Both the position numbers and the translations under genes were made by a program. From Mnemiopsis leidyi (lineage: Eukaryota): DNA of 64,000 nt. Where the stretch lies: the NCBI GenBank assembly GCA_048537945.1, contig CM108484.1, positions 4,146,494 through 4,210,493 on the forward strand, given 5' to 3'. Shown one piece after another: positions 21,798 through 34,830 of the stretch (within the stretch, counting starts at the first letter, position 1; every line of letters starts with the position of its first letter). Below the pieces are notes generated by a model that did no database searches, was not told the origin of the DNA, and saw nothing but the letters and a program-made list of their open reading frames with translations.

Positions 21798-23861
21798 ACG
21801 ACTCCCTTTCTTATAAATAGAAATAATAATAATAGTTTATGCTACAATCCTTTAATAAACTAGACTTCTACTGAGTATGGAAAAGTCATTTATTTCAAAT
21901 TGTATAAGTAATTAGGGCTACAAGATCTCGTCTTCGTTAAAAGACCACACAGTCTCAATTCTGTACCAAAAATAGAACTCTCAACTTAAAGAAAACACAA
22001 CACTGGCAGTGCGGCACCTCAGAAGGGATTGGGCTATACACGTGGAGATATTTGGGTTTGCAGTAGTGTTAAGTATCGTTAAGGAATACATTGTTTCTCA
22101 TAAGGAGAGGACAAAAGGATTGCTCATAAGGAGTGGGTTCACTGCCGGAAAAAACGTCAAGCAGGGATGGTCCAGCCCCTCAAGTTGTCTCAGAGTTAGG
22201 TCCTAACCGTCTGATATGGAATGGTTGGTCGTGGGTGTATGAACCGAGTGATGGCTTGAGTGTGGTGGGAAGTGGCAAATTTGGGTCGCATTTTAACGTC
22301 ATTTTTAAGCGCGTGATGTGAAATGCATACCGCGCGCGACTACACTAGTTGCTGAAATGGGTCCTTTATACAGCAGTTTGACGTTCGGCGATTGCGCTCA
22401 GTGTTACTCAAAATATATACGCCTAGATCTTCTGTTCATTTAAGTTGAGATCCTAGAATTTAGTAAAGTTTAGTTCATTCCATTCGGAGCCATATTTCCT
22501 CTGTGCACTAAAAATTACATTTCTTACCGAGTTTTTAACTACACTTAGACGGGATGAGAAATTCAGAGTGGAGGTAGAGCGAAATTCATTCCAAAGCCAT
22601 GATGACTTGTAGATGAACTGCTCAGTAGGCCTTGGCGTAATCAGAGGTATCAGAGGTATAAGTTTTGAAAAAGTGAATTTTACAGTGGCACTGTGAGTTG
22701 ATACCTCTCTGCAAAGGAGCTTGATGGAGGGCTAGCGGGGTAGAGGAGTTTACTTGCTGTTCGCTTTTGTAAACACCAAAACGTCAGCCCCATCAGTTTC
22801 AAAAGACAGAAAGCAGGTTCATAATGGCATTAAATTTGGTACAGGCTGAAGGGTGATGAGGAGATTTATACAGTTTTTCAGCGGTTCAGGCAGATACGTT
22901 GCTGAAGGGGCATCTCTCACCGGAAATTTACTTTTTATCTTCTCTTGAGTGTCGTGTATTGTCTATTTGTCTATTTGTAATTTTTTGGCATAAGGGTTGG
23001 TTTGATTAGAGCCACAGGCATTCCAAATAAAGGAGATTGCACCAGGCAATTAACAATTCCATAAAGTTTATAATACATAAATTAAGACATATCTAGAACT
23101 AAATCACAATTTAAATTCATCTAAACGAAATAAATATTAGGAACGGTATTCGTGGGGAAGAGTCTCAAATTTTTAATGATAAATTACCTTATTTCAGACA
23201 ATTACACCTTGAATACACTAATGACCCTACATAAAAATATCTATATACCATTAAAAAAGAATGATAAAAAAACACACTTATGTACATAAAACTGTAGAAG
23301 GTTTAAATCCAATTCCGCTAGAGCTGTAACCCTACTTTCCTTAAAGCCACGCAAACACCTTATTTTTCAAAATTTATTGGCTCTGCCTAAGTTCTGGGAA
23401 GTGAAATACTCTTAAATGGTCCAATGGACACAGATTGACCTCCAAAAACAAAGACACCTCCCCACGAATACCGTTCTCTATTAAACACACAAAAATGGTT
23501 ACATCAGAGACTCCATACTCAATAACTATAAATTTTTCCTACTACCTACCTACTTGGGTAGGGTTGGGTTTATTCTGGCAGCAGTCAATTTTGTCCAACT
23601 ACCTACTCCCTATGATATCTACCAGATATGCAAAACTAGTTCACAGCTGAATCTATACTTTTTACAACGTTGCCTACATGAATTTCCCTCGATGAGCGGG
23701 TATTCACCTAACCAGGTGCTTACGCACGCTACGCGGGTGGCTGCTACGCAGCTAGAATTTCCTAATCACCTCTGGTGGCGCGCGCGACGCGCTCAATAGG
23801 GCCGGGCTCCGGTTCGAGCAAAATGGATAAATAATTTGTTTATATGCAGTGTCATTCTAAC

Positions 23862-24360
23862 GTGCCATGGGAGTGCAGCAAGCTGCGAGTCGCGTAAATC
23901 GGGAAACATGCCTCGACAAGATTAAACCGTGTCGCATAATTTATCTAGCACGGAGATTGAAATATTTATGCTTTGATTCATAATAAATGCTGTAAATAAA
24001 AATTTTGTGTTTTCCTGAAATTTTGTGTTTTCCTGTTAATGTTAAAACTATCATCAATCCATTTAATGTCATCATTTGCACATGTTGCAGGTTAAGAAGT
24101 CTCCACATGAAGTCAAATTTTACTTGGTTAATTTTGACAGCCTAATCTATTACATATTATTTATAAATATTAAAAAGCTAAGTGCTGTTTAATCCACTTT
24201 AAGCTTTTCCGTGTGAAATTGGAACCTGACTCTTCCGAATCTGAAGCTGAAGACAATACTCTGACATTGAATAATACCGTTATAAAACTTGTTTGTAAGA
24301 CCTTTGTCGAGGTGTTACCCAACTCGCGCGCGGCTCGCAGCTTGCTGCTGTCCTTTCGTT
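23862..24360. mobile_element. MITE-like element, family M1 copy (~500 bp) with ~55-bp imperfect TIRs
   Basis: The pair is 23862 gagtgcagcaagctgcgagtcgcg...gggaaacatgcctcgacaag against 24300 ctttgtcgaggtgttacccaactcgcgcgcggctcgcagcttgctgctgtcc, the latter in reverse complement. Confidence 0.45.
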
Positions 24361-25002
24361 AGTGGGATATCATCTCATAAAAGTTCCTGGGAGTTACAAT
24401 AGACGAACAGTTAAAATGGGATGCTCATGTACGAGCTCTTAACTCCAAATTGAATTGTGAAATCGGAGAATTCTTTAAAATAAGAAAGCTCGTTCCAAAA
24501 GACCGCTATAAATAATTATACCATACGTTATTTGAATCCCACCTAGGGTTTGGCATATCTGTATGGGGCATGATAAGCATACACAAACTCGTACCCTTAT
24601 TCATCTCCTAGAAAAAATCTATAAGAATAATGTTTGGCGACAAGGAAGCCTATCTTAACAAAGTGTGTACTTCGGCCCGAACAAGATCCAAGGTAGACCA
24701 GAACACAGAAACTGGGCCATGATTTCTACGTGAAGGAACACACAAAACCGTTATTTAAAATCAATAATCCCCTTACAGTCCATAACCTGTACAAATACAC
24801 TTGCCTTTATGAAATGTTCAAGATAATTAAGTTAGAAAAGCCATGTTCTCTGCTCTCCCTCTTTCACAGATCACCCAGAAGACCAAACTACTTCATAACT
24901 CCACCACTATCCTCATCTTTCGCGTACCAATCATCCCACATGTGGAACAGTTGTCGGAAGCCAGCAAATGGAATTACATTTTCCACCTCGACAAAGATAT
25001 AA
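24355..25002 (+). pseudogene. CR1/L2-type LINE ORF2 C-terminal fragment (family 4), with frameshifts and stops
   Basis: Translation reads KFLGVTIDEQLKWDAHVRALNSKLN...LYHTLFESHLGFGISVWG...FKINNPLTVHNLYKYTCLYEMFKII, the typical C-terminal 'tail' region of CR1-like ORF2. It is broken by at least three stops and frameshifts. Confidence 0.55.
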
Positions 25003-25565
25003 ATAAAATAGATAAATAAATAACAAATAATGATGCCAGCATCATCACACCTTATCTCTCAAAGTATCTTAAAAGCTTTAAAAATTCAAAATAAGAATAA
25101 AAATACCAAAAGTTTAATCCTAATTAATGTTAATAAACCTTTTTCTGGCTGCAAAAGGGTTCTCCTTGAGAAATTCATTATGTCTCATTTTATTCTCAAA
25201 ATAACTACCACTTTCAATACGATTTAAGACCTCATCAGAAATGTCCCAAAAGTTCCCACTACTGTAGATTCCTAAGGCTTTAGTTTTGTTCTTAAACATT
25301 TCCAGATTAGATTTAAAAATATTTAAATTTAATGCAGTCTTCACCACTATGGGAAGCTTATTCCAAAACAACATTACCCTATCATTTAAAAAATTTCTTC
25401 GAATACCATTAATCTTGGAAGCTTTACTCTTCCCTGGCTTACATATCAAATTTACTCCAGACCTACTAAAATTGAAGACTCCAGCTACCTGGGATAAGCC
25501 CTGGCTAGCTTTATAAACCTCAATCAGGTCACCTCTCGAACGTCTCTCAAGGTACAATTAAAAAG
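24990..25565 (-). mobile_element. LINE family 3 3'-terminal fragment (ORF2 C-terminus plus 3' UTR with (TTTAT)n tail), copy alpha
   Basis: Minus ORF 25120..25557 is MYLERRSRGDLIEVYKASQGLSQVAG...ICKPGKSKASKINGIRRNFLNDRVMLFWNKLP..., which parallels the family 1 C-terminus. The 3' UTR ends ggtgtgatgatgctggcatcatta(tttat)n, the same as copy beta at 62040..62100. Confidence 0.7.
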
Positions 25566-25660
25566 AGTATACTAAAAATACAGTGTAGTCATGGCACTGT
25601 AGACTGGTTTGAACTGAACTTTGACTTCAATGAACTTTCCTTTTTAGAGTGAAGACCAGC

Positions 25661-26208
25661 ATTTTGACGTAAAATCTGACGAGGAATCCGAATTTGATAG
25701 TTTCAAATCCAAAAATGATCAGGTGACCCCTTAAGTGACCCCTTATAAGGCACTTAAGGCCCCAAAATTGAAATGTTAGGAAAAAAGTTAGACAAGTATT
25801 TTGACGTAAAATTTGACGAGGAATCCAAATTTGAAAGTTTCAAATCCAAAAAAATGATCTCCTGACCCCTTAAGTGACCCCTTATAAGGCCCTTAAGGCC
25901 CAAAATTGAAATTTTCAACTTTGAGCTAGGAAAAAAGTTAGACAATTATTTTGACGCAAAATTTGACAAGGAATCCGAATTTGATAGTTTCAAATCCAAA
26001 AAATGATCTCTTGACCCCTTAAGTGACCCCTTAGAAGGCCCCAAAATGGAAATCTTTGACTTTGAAACAGGAGAAAAGTTAGACCAGTATTTTGACGTAA
26101 TATTTGACAAGGAATCCCAATTTTATAGTTAAGAAGCCGAAAAATAAAAAATTTTGAACTTGAAATTACAGGGAATCTGAAAACCACGTGTCTTTTCTGG
26201 CTGGTGAC
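25661..26208. repeat. ~145-bp tandem repeat, ~4 copies (ttttgacgtaaaatttgacgaggaatccgaatttga...gtgaccccttaagtgacccctta...). The same family occurs inverted at 60988..61400.
   Basis: Units begin near 25661, 25799 and 25948. The distal end caaagcgtgtcaccagccagaaaagacacgtggttttcagattcc (reverse complement) matches 60988..61030. Confidence 0.8.
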
Positions 26209-26710
26209 ACGCTTTGAGACTAATACCTATAGAATTAGATAAGGACAGGTACCCTCCCCAAACATACTAAGTCTACAAATTTTCTGCTCATTTTAAAGAT
26301 ACTCAGGAAATTGATTAATTGATACCTTACAAATACTTATAGTTGTGTTGATTAGTTTAAACTCATTTTTAAAATTAATGATACATATTATTTGCATCTT
26401 TTTGGTGTGTAGCATGATTAAATAACCTAAAAATGCCTTACTTTTAGTGCTACATCTCCCTATTTCAATATTGCTTCACTCTGCACTCCTTGGGGCTCAA
26501 TATAATTGCCCGGTTAAGCCATTAACCATCAGGGTGTATTGATATCCCCAGATTGTTATCATCGGTCACAAGGCATCTTTAGGTCATTAAGATCAAAATA
26601 TAGTTTATTTTTATGAATGTTTTAAGTATTACATTGTACAAGGATGATAATAATTAAAATTTTTCGATAAAAAGAATCAGTCATTATAGTTATCAACTCA
26701 GGATAATGCT

Positions 26711-29700
26711 ATGTCTATAAAGAACCCTTTGTTGGAGGGATATTCCTCCCAAAAGAAGGCATCACTGCTACCTTCTACATCCAGTTCCCTTAAAAGCAGT
26801 GTCTTGAAAAGGACAAGTGAATTTAGTGATGGAAATTTGCTAAAATCTTCCAAGTTACTCCAGTCTAGTGTTCTATCATCACCTTCTGCATTACTTAAAC
26901 CAAGAGCTCTAACTTCTTTTGGTTCATCCTACAGCTCTACAAACAAGGTCACATATTCAAAGCAATCTCTGTCCAGCTCTTTGCTCACAACATCAATATC
27001 TCTGACAAGCCAAGTCAGTGATTCAAAATCTCACAATGTGACAAACATCACCAGCTCTTCCAAACCAAAGCAAAACTTACAGGAAGAAACAACAGAAAGC
27101 AAAAGTGGAGAAATAACAAACTTTACTGAGAACTCGCCTTTTCTTGGTGGAGAGGATATAGTCCCGTTGCCCATGGTTGAAAGAGGCAATGTCATCAGCA
27201 ATTATTTCAATACAGTTTCTAAGGCAACAATTACTCTCACAGAAGAGGAAGTGCTCAAACAAGATTTTATTAATCTTGCTGCCTGCTCTCTTATAAATGT
27301 TCCTAAGCTTGATCAAAAAAATGACAGTGTCAGAATAAAGTTGATCAGTTTTACAGACAAGATAATACAGATTGATCCAGAATTCATTTTGAAAATGGCT
27401 TTATTTACTAGAAGAGTCTTGAACATCAGGGTAACAGCCAATTTTCTTGTTGCTCTTGCAGCATTTAAAAAGGAATGTCGTAAATACATCAAGAAATATT
27501 ACCAAGAGATCATTGTACTTCCTTCGGATTGGATTGATGTTGCTGAGTTGTACACATCTTTAGGGGACAAGAATATTGGATTCTCAGCAATTCCTGTCTG
27601 CTTAAGAAAAGCGATGACTAAAAAGTTCCCGAAGTTTGACACTTACCAGATTGGTAAGTATAACAAGAAACCAAAGAAATCTTCTAGTAAGGAGTCAGAG
27701 GATGAAGATGACGAAACAAAACTTTATGAAAGGCATCATTTTACCCTAAAGCAGCTAATTAGGAAGATACATATTTCAGATCCACCAGACATAGTTATGC
27801 CAATACTGGGAAAGAAGTACCCTGAAACTCAGGAGCAGTTCTATCGAAGTAGGTTGTCAGGCTTATGGGATGAAAGTCAAGCTGGCAAGCGAATGAAAGT
27901 ACCCACACCCTACACTTGGGAGACACAATTAGCTGCTAAGGGAAACAATGCTGAAACTTGGAAAGAGTTAATCCTCTCAAAAAAGTTGCCTTACATGGCA
28001 ATGTTAAGAAACCTGAGAAACATTATCCAATCAGGAGTAAAAGACAACATCCACAAAATTGTGCAGAAGAAACTATGCTCACCTCTAGATGTTAAGCGAA
28101 GCAAACAATTTCCTTTCAGGTTTTTGAGTGCTTATGCTGTTTTAGATTCTTTAGAAAGCCAGCCAGGAAAGACCATTTCTTGGTCTTCAACCCCTGACTT
28201 TGAGCAAGAGAAAATTCTTGACAGTTATAAAGCATGCCTTGATAAAGCAGTTCAACTGGCAGCCATCAATAATGTAAAGCCTATCAAAGGGTCTTTGTTG
28301 ATTTTCTTTAACTGCAGTTCTTTAATGGATGAACAGTGCTCTGCCAAAGGATTTGGAATCACTAGAACAATTCGTGAAGTTGCTGGTTTGATGACCTTGA
28401 TGTGCATGTTTTCTAGTGAACATTGTGATATTGTGTATTACAATTATTATGGAACCACTAGAGGAGAAAAGATTGAAACTGGTGGAGAAATTCTCAAGTT
28501 CCTTTCCACATTTGTCAGTGATTCCAAAGCAGCTGATGATAAGCTGCAGCCAAATTCATGTGCTAGTGCCAACGTACTAGTGTCAATGAGTGACTGCTGG
28601 GCAGAAATAACCAGCAAAGAAAGGCACTATGACACAATGATTCAAATTGCTCCAGTATGCCATGATTTCTGTGCATACAAAAATCTTTATCGTGAAAAGG
28701 TGAACAGTGAACTACTTGCTGTTGATATAAACCTTAAGTCAAAAACGACTGAGATAGGAGATGAAAATTTGGCCCACCGAAATGATGTTGATCTATATGG
28801 TTTCAGTGATCAGATGCTACAGTATATTTCTCAGAGAGGCTCAGGAGAATTGTTGTCGAATGTCGAATCAATTGACAAAAGGTTCAACCTTCTACCATTA
28901 CCAAGACCTATGGCTCAGAATTATGTATCGCCTCTAGCAAAACAAATTACATCAAGAGTCATTAGGATCTTTGTGTCGTCAACATTTCTTGATCTTGAAC
29001 TTGAAAGAAGGGAGTTGATGAATATTGTAATGCCTTCCATCAATAGACTAGTTGCAGAAAACAACTTCACTATCCAAGAAGTCGATCTAAGGTGGGGTGT
29101 TACAAAAGAAGAGGCTTCTTCAAACAAAGTCATTCTTCGGTGTCTGGAAGAAGTATCTCGGTGCAACTATTTTTTGTGTATTCTTGGTGAGAGATATGGC
29201 ACTACATTTGACTGTTACCCAAAATCACCAAATCCTGAATTCTTGTGGCTACAGAATGAAAATCCTGGATTGAGTATGACAGAACTAGAAGTGAATTATG
29301 CATTGTTCCATGCTGACAACACTAAACTTCCATCAAATAACCTTATGTTCCTTATAAAAGAGGAAACGTGCCCAGGAAAACGAGATAAGAGGGTTAGCTG
29401 GCTCATTGATGAAATTAAAAGGAACAGTGGGGATCAGATGTTCATACAACATTACAATGATTCTGATATTACCTTTGAAAATTGTGCCACTCAGGCACTC
29501 AAAGAGGTTGTGGTAAAAAATGTTTTAAATTACAGCAGTAAGGATCTTTCAGATGAAGAGCTACACAATTCCTATGTCGAACAGCAAGCCCTTCTGTTTG
29601 TTGGCAGAGAGAAACTTGCTAGCAGTTTGATGAGTGCTATACAAAGGGAGCATATTGTTATGGTCACTGGGCCAGTCGGCACAGGTAAATCTGCTTTGAC

Positions 29701-32017
29701 GGCAAAAGCTCTCACAATGTTCTCTGCAGATGACAGGATGAACGATTTTCACCATGTCGTTAAGCTCAATGCAAGCTCGAAAGATTTGAATGTTCTTTTA
29801 AACAGATTGTGTTTTCATTTTTCCAAGATTCTGAACGAAGAACTTGATGAACACTTTGAGCCAATAAGCACACTGTGGGCACAAGTGGCAAAATGTGAAA
29901 CACCATGTAAAGTACTGATTGATGGCTGTGATGAACTGCTTTCATCACACGACATGTTTTCTTGGTTGCCAGACAAGATACCTAGAAATATAACTCTGAT
30001 TTTTACCACTAGTTCAACTGGGCAATGGAACACTTACTTGAACAAGAAGTACTCTTCTCTTAACACATTTTCTGTTTCGAAGCTTTCTGCTAGTGAGAAG
30101 GTTCAAGTTACCAAAGAAATGCTGGCTGCATATGGCAAAAAACTGGAAGAAAAAGGGTTCAACAGTCAGCTAAGCCTCCTTCTCTCCAAAAGAGAGGCCA
30201 ACAATCCACTATATATAGACTTGTGCATCAACCAACTTCGTCTGAACGCCATCTTTGAGAATCTGACCCAGTGCATCCAAGAGTTGCCCCAAACAACAGA
30301 GGAGTTGTATGTAAAAATACTTAAATTTACAGTCCAAGAAGTTTATGTAGTTGGTGACAAGCTTCTTGCATACTTGTATTGCAGCAAAAATGGTATATCT
30401 GAAGCTGACATGCTTCATTTTCTTCAACTGAAGCCTCTTGCACTCTCAAATTTATTGTATAACCTCAAGCTGTTCATCAATGTTGACCAAAGCACTGGAA
30501 TCATGTCTCTTGCTAATCAGTTTGCTCGAAAGGTTGTCCAAAAGAACTGCCTTAACGATGAAAAGATTGTTGATGTCCACAATGAGTTAGCAGTGGAATA
30601 TTCTTTTTTGCTCGGGGAATCTCACTACACATCTGACAGAAAGGATGCGTATCAGAGCATGCTGTACCACTACAAAGAGGCAGGGGAATGGAACACCATC
30701 AGCAGATATCTTTCTGATTTGAATTTTGTCCGTCAGATGATTTACCTAGGTCTATTGCCTGATCTAATGTCCCTCTTCAATATTGATAATTCAAAACTTA
30801 AGGGAATCACGAAAGTGGCTTACAAGAATGCAATGAATAAAGAAGGTGTGAATATGTTGCAACAATTTCTTATCAACAACAAAGCAATTCTTAGCAAAGA
30901 ACCATTCTTGCTTCAACAACGTCTGCTACTCAGCAATGATTACTTCAGTGACAGAGTAGAAAACGATGACGATTTATTGTTCAATAACTTTGTTGGCTCC
31001 TTCAAATCCCTGCAAGAATCCCAACAAACTTACAACTGTAACTTGAACGAACATTTCACCAGTGTGATTACTTGCCTTGATGCTTCTGATGTCACTGACA
31101 TTGTTCTTGTCGGCTTCCACGACAGCAAATTCCAGGCGATAAATTCGTCTGATGGAACCATATTGCAAACATACAGAGGTCACACAGGACCGGTAACTTG
31201 TTGCAGCTTCCTAACATCCTCCAGATTTATTTCAGCAGGCTCTGATGGAACTCTTAGGTTGTGGAGCTTGCTTGATTCAGTTTGCCTAGCCAAGATTGAG
31301 CCACACATATATCAAGTGCAGGACATTCATGTAAATGAGATAAGCAAGTGTGTCATATCAGCTGGCATTGATAGGAGAGTGACGGTTTGGCACAATGATG
31401 TCATATTTGATACGATTGAGTTTGACAATCCAATGAACTGTATTCGATTTATTGAAAACGGAAAGAAGTTTGTAGCTGGATCATGGACTGGTGAAGTTTA
31501 TGCATATGATCTGGTTCAAAAAGTAAAGATAACTGTAAAGAAAAGCGGAAAGGTCCACAAGAATTCCATACGAGAATTGACCACCGGAAAAAAACATTTT
31601 GCATCCCTAGACATAACAGGATTGGTGTCTGTGTGGGATCAGATGACGCTAGATGTGCTGCAATCTGTCCGTCTCAACAATGTTACTACAATTTCTTACG
31701 ACTTCAACGATCACCTGATGTATGGTCTAAGCAATGGTATCATCAACATCACTGCTGGATTTGGTGAAATGACTGCACTCCCCATCCCGGACCTAGGAGC
31801 TGTAACTGCTGTCTACAGCACCAATGATACTGGGATTGCAAGCTTGTTTATTGGGTTTTACTCCGGAGCTGTTTACAAGATGTACCCAGGATCTGATAAA
31901 ACTGAATTAATATCGATACATAAGGGGAAAGTTAACCTCATAACCTCTTTCTTGGTTAAACAGTCGGATCAGGAGATTGAACACATAGCTTCTTGCTCGG
32001 ATGATGGAACCATTCAT
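26711..32017 (+). CDS. TEP1: TEP1 (telomerase-associated protein 1 / telomerase protein component 1) orthologue, first coding exon, 1769 codons. It holds a Ser-rich N-terminus, the TROVE domain, DUF4062, a NACHT P-loop NTPase and the first WD40 repeats.
   Basis: The TROVE region (~27250..28800) contains EFILKMALFTRRVLNIRVTANFLVALAAFKK...IIVLPSDWIDVAELYTSLGDKN...CLRKAMTKKFPKFDTYQIGKYN, then ...AGKRMKVPTPYTWE...KLPYMAMLRNLRN...KQFPFRFLSAYAVLD. By my recall these align position for position with human TEP1 (EFILKASLYARQQLNVRNVANNILAIAAF..., LPSDWIQVAELYQSL..., PFMAMLRNLCN, RQFPFRFLNAHDAID). DUF4062 is IRIFVSSTFLDLELERRELMNIVMPS...VDLRWGVTKEE (~28961..29230). NACHT Walker A is GPVGTGKS at 29669..29692. 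WD40 begins GHTGPVTCCSF...DGTLRLWSL at ~31175. The GT donor is at 32018. The ORF tail beyond it (to 32200) is not WD-like. Confidence 0.85.
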
Positions 32018-32988
32018 GTTAGTTTATTTCTTTTTTCCTCTACTCAATTGCAGTTATTTCCCTTATCTTGCCATTTAGGCCCTTTGGGCCCAAATGGCAA
32101 GATTGTTTTGATACGTTTTGTGCACGTGCAGAAAAAGTACAAAACAAGGGTTGGCGATCGACAGTGTAAATTGGAGTATTTTGGAATTTTAGCTCAATAA
32201 GCGTCCGTCTGTCCGTAGGTCCGCGTGCACTCTCCTTTATCAAACTTAATCATGTATACGAATACCGTTTTAACTGCGTAAGGCCGCGCTTCACATAATG
32301 CAATGTATACATAATTGCTTTAACTATTTGTTCTAATCACAACAATTGCAACTAGATGTACGATCGCGATCAAACAAGAGATATGATCGTCGATAAAACG
32401 TTTTTAAAACTTAAGTGTTATTAATTGTTAAGTAGTTAGTCAAATTACAGATGACAGATTGAGAGATGAATGTAACACAATTTTAATTTCAGCCGAACAA
32501 TGGACGACAAATTTACGAAACGCAATTTGTATAATCGCAACACAGTATAAATAAAGGTAGCACATACAAGTACAATATAACAATGACGACGTCATGCGGA
32601 CTTAAAATATTTGATATAAACAATGAAAAGAAACGGGATTGTGTTCAAATTTTGCGGATACAACGTGGAGTTTTTAACTGCTGCGTCCATATAATTTACA
32701 CGTGCAGAACTGAGAACAATGAAAATAAACCGAAGTCCGAAATTACGTCTCGTTTGTGGTTGCAAATATTGATTTCTCATTTCGCGAATTGTAATAACGA
32801 TAAGCTATGATGCGGGAAATTAAGCTGTCGCCTGGCACATTGAAAGCGGCCACAATTCTTGTATTCAAATGTTGACTATAAGGGCTTAAGGGTTCAATTA
32901 TCTTTTCGCCTTTGCCCAGAAGATAAAGAAATATCTTTTAAGTTTTACATTCGTACTTGAAGTAAGTTCTACCTTCAATTTTCATCAG

Positions 32989-33216
32989 GTTCACACCCTT
33001 GATGGAAAGGTGGTATTGAACGAAGAACTAGCGCCACACATTGGTAAAATTTTGGCACTTTGCCCAGGGCTGACTAGTGTACTTTTCTCCGGTGGCTATG
33101 ATTGTGCTATTACTGGGATGAAGTTTGAACGTGGTCAAGGTGACCAGGCAAAATATCTAACTGTACAAAAAGTAAAACTACACGGACATCAAGCTCCTGT
33201 GTCTACTCTGTTGACT
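32989..33216 (+). CDS. TEP1: TEP1 exon 2 (WD40 repeat), phase 0/0
   Basis: The acceptor is ttcatcag|gttcac and the donor is ttgact|gtgagt. It encodes VHTLDGKVVLNEELAPHIGKILALCPGLTSVLFSGGYDCAITGMKF... in frame with exon 1. Confidence 0.6.
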
Positions 33217-33390
33217 GTGAGTAATGACTACCTATACCGATCATATATCTTGTTCAACCAAGTTACTAAGGTCAATGATAGTTTTAGCGAAAAATAATTG
33301 AATTCCATGTGAAAATGTTCTATCTTCTATAGTTTCTTAATTCCTAGTCGTACCTTTCCTTGAATGTCAAGTCACCCGCTCTTCCCTCAG

Positions 33391-33607
33391 CTAAAAGAAG
33401 GTGAGAAGCTGATATCTGGTTCCCACGATGGCAGTGTGAAACTCTGGAATAAACATGGTAAATGTCTCTTCACAGCAAGTAATGCTCACCGTGACTGGGT
33501 CACGTGTTCCTCTACCGCCGATTCCAGCTCTCAGTTCTTTGTTACGGGTTCTAATGACAATCTTGTGGTGCTCTGGAAATTAGAAACTTCTAGAATATTC
33601 CCTATAA
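33391..33607 (+). CDS. TEP1: TEP1 exon 3 (WD40), phase 0 in and 1 out
   Basis: The acceptor is cttccctcag|cta and the donor is ctataa|gtgagt. It encodes LKEGEKLISGSHDGSVKLWNKHGKCLFTASNAHRDWVTCSSTADSSSQFFVTGSNDNLVVLWKLE. Confidence 0.65.
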
Positions 33608-33785
33608 GTGAGTGTCTTCTGTTTGATTCTTAACGTAGGATAAGTCAGTGCCTTATGCGAAGATGATTATTCCTTTTGAAGGTATACTGCGAATCAAGTT
33701 TTGCTCTAGGAACTGTTTGGCGAAATAACCTAACAAAAGATCACCGCATTTCCCAGACATTATAATTTGTAAACTTCTCCTTTAG

Positions 33786-33877
33786 ATAAGTTGCTGGGAC
33801 ACAACTCCCCTGTTACCTGTGTCAGTGTACTTGGCAATGACAAGAATCAAGTCCAAATGATAATCGGTGGAGCCCAG
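33786..33877 (+). CDS. TEP1: TEP1 exon 4, phase 1 in and 0 out
   Basis: The acceptor is ctcctttag|ataag and the donor is gcccag|gtaggc. It encodes (N)KLLGHNSPVTCVSVLGNDKNQVQMIIGGAQ. Confidence 0.55.
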
Positions 33878-34143
33878 GTAGGCATGTTAAGTTAGAGCAG
33901 ACTGGTATTGTGTTACATCACGTGACGTTGTCATAGCAACACATTGCTCAAGGTTGCGTTGATTAATCCATGTCAAAGACCGTAATGCATCATAACGTGT
34001 GTTATTTAACAATCTTGTGTATAAGTGTGTAATATGATGGCACGAACTGCGAAATGAACTATTCCTCATCATGTTGAATGTCAGATAGGTCCCCATTTTA
34101 GAGTTTCAATCCAGAAATGTAATAGTGAAGGATTTATACCTAC

Positions 34144-34144
<1 letters not shown>

Positions 34145-34180
<36 letters not shown>

Positions 34181-34195
34181 ATATATATATATATT
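34145..34195. repeat. (TA)n microsatellite in a TEP1 intron
   Basis: Direct reading. Confidence 0.9.
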
Positions 34196-34311
34196 TTAGT
34201 ATGAGATTTGAGATGAGAGATGGTAAAATGAGAGATGTGAGATTTAGAAGTTGTCACGTGGTAACGATATGAGAGTATGAGATGTGAGATACTAACTACT
34301 CCCATTTTTAG

Positions 34312-34425
34312 GACGGTAAGCTAGTACTGTGGAACAAGGACGGAAAGTTTGTGTCAGCTACTAAGCCAGGAGAAAGAGGAGTTAACGCCTGCACATTTGT
34401 AGCTGACTCATCAAGCTACCCCATT
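34312..34425 (+). CDS. TEP1: TEP1 exon 5 (WD40), phase 0/0
   Basis: The acceptor is cccatttttag|gacggt and the donor is cccatt|gtaagt. It encodes DGKLVLWNKDGKFVSATKPGERGVNACTFVADSSSYPI. Confidence 0.6.
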
Positions 34426-34655
34426 GTAAGTAAAGCTTGGAATTCCTGTTGGAGTTATGATAACTGTTCCGATTTTCGACTTTTTAGTCACATTTGCATT
34501 TTATTGTCTGCCTATTTTTATGGTTCCTCACAGAGGTCCTATAAATTGCTGCAACTAGAGAACATAAATACAAGGATAAAATTGAACTAACTTAAAAACT
34601 CTCTTAACGAACACTAAACTCAGTTTCGTACAATAAACCATCCTCATGTCTCCAG

Positions 34656-34830
34656 GCGTATGTCGGGACTGTGGACGGTGAAGTAAAATCAATGAAGCCC
34701 TCAAAACTAGACATCATAGCAAGTTTCACCCACCACACAGATTTAGTAAGGACCGTTAGAGGGATGTCTGGGAACAAGATTGTGTCCATATCAGCAGACA
34801 ACACAATTCAGTGCTGGAGCTGGCAGAGTG
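34656..34830 (+). CDS. TEP1: TEP1 exon 6 (WD40), phase 0 in and 1 out
   Basis: The acceptor is tctccag|gcgtat and the donor is cagagtg|gtagtt. It encodes AYVGTVDGEVKSMKPSKLDIIASFTHHTDLVRTVRGMSGNKIVSISADNTIQCWSWQS. Confidence 0.6.

Noticed and set aside
32018-32200. C-terminal 61 codons of the 1829-aa ORF (SLFLFSSTQLQLFPLSCHLGPLGPNG...)
   Set aside because: The sequence is not WD40-like and follows a good GT donor at 32018. The downstream exons supply the expected WD40 continuation, so this stretch is treated as intron read-through.
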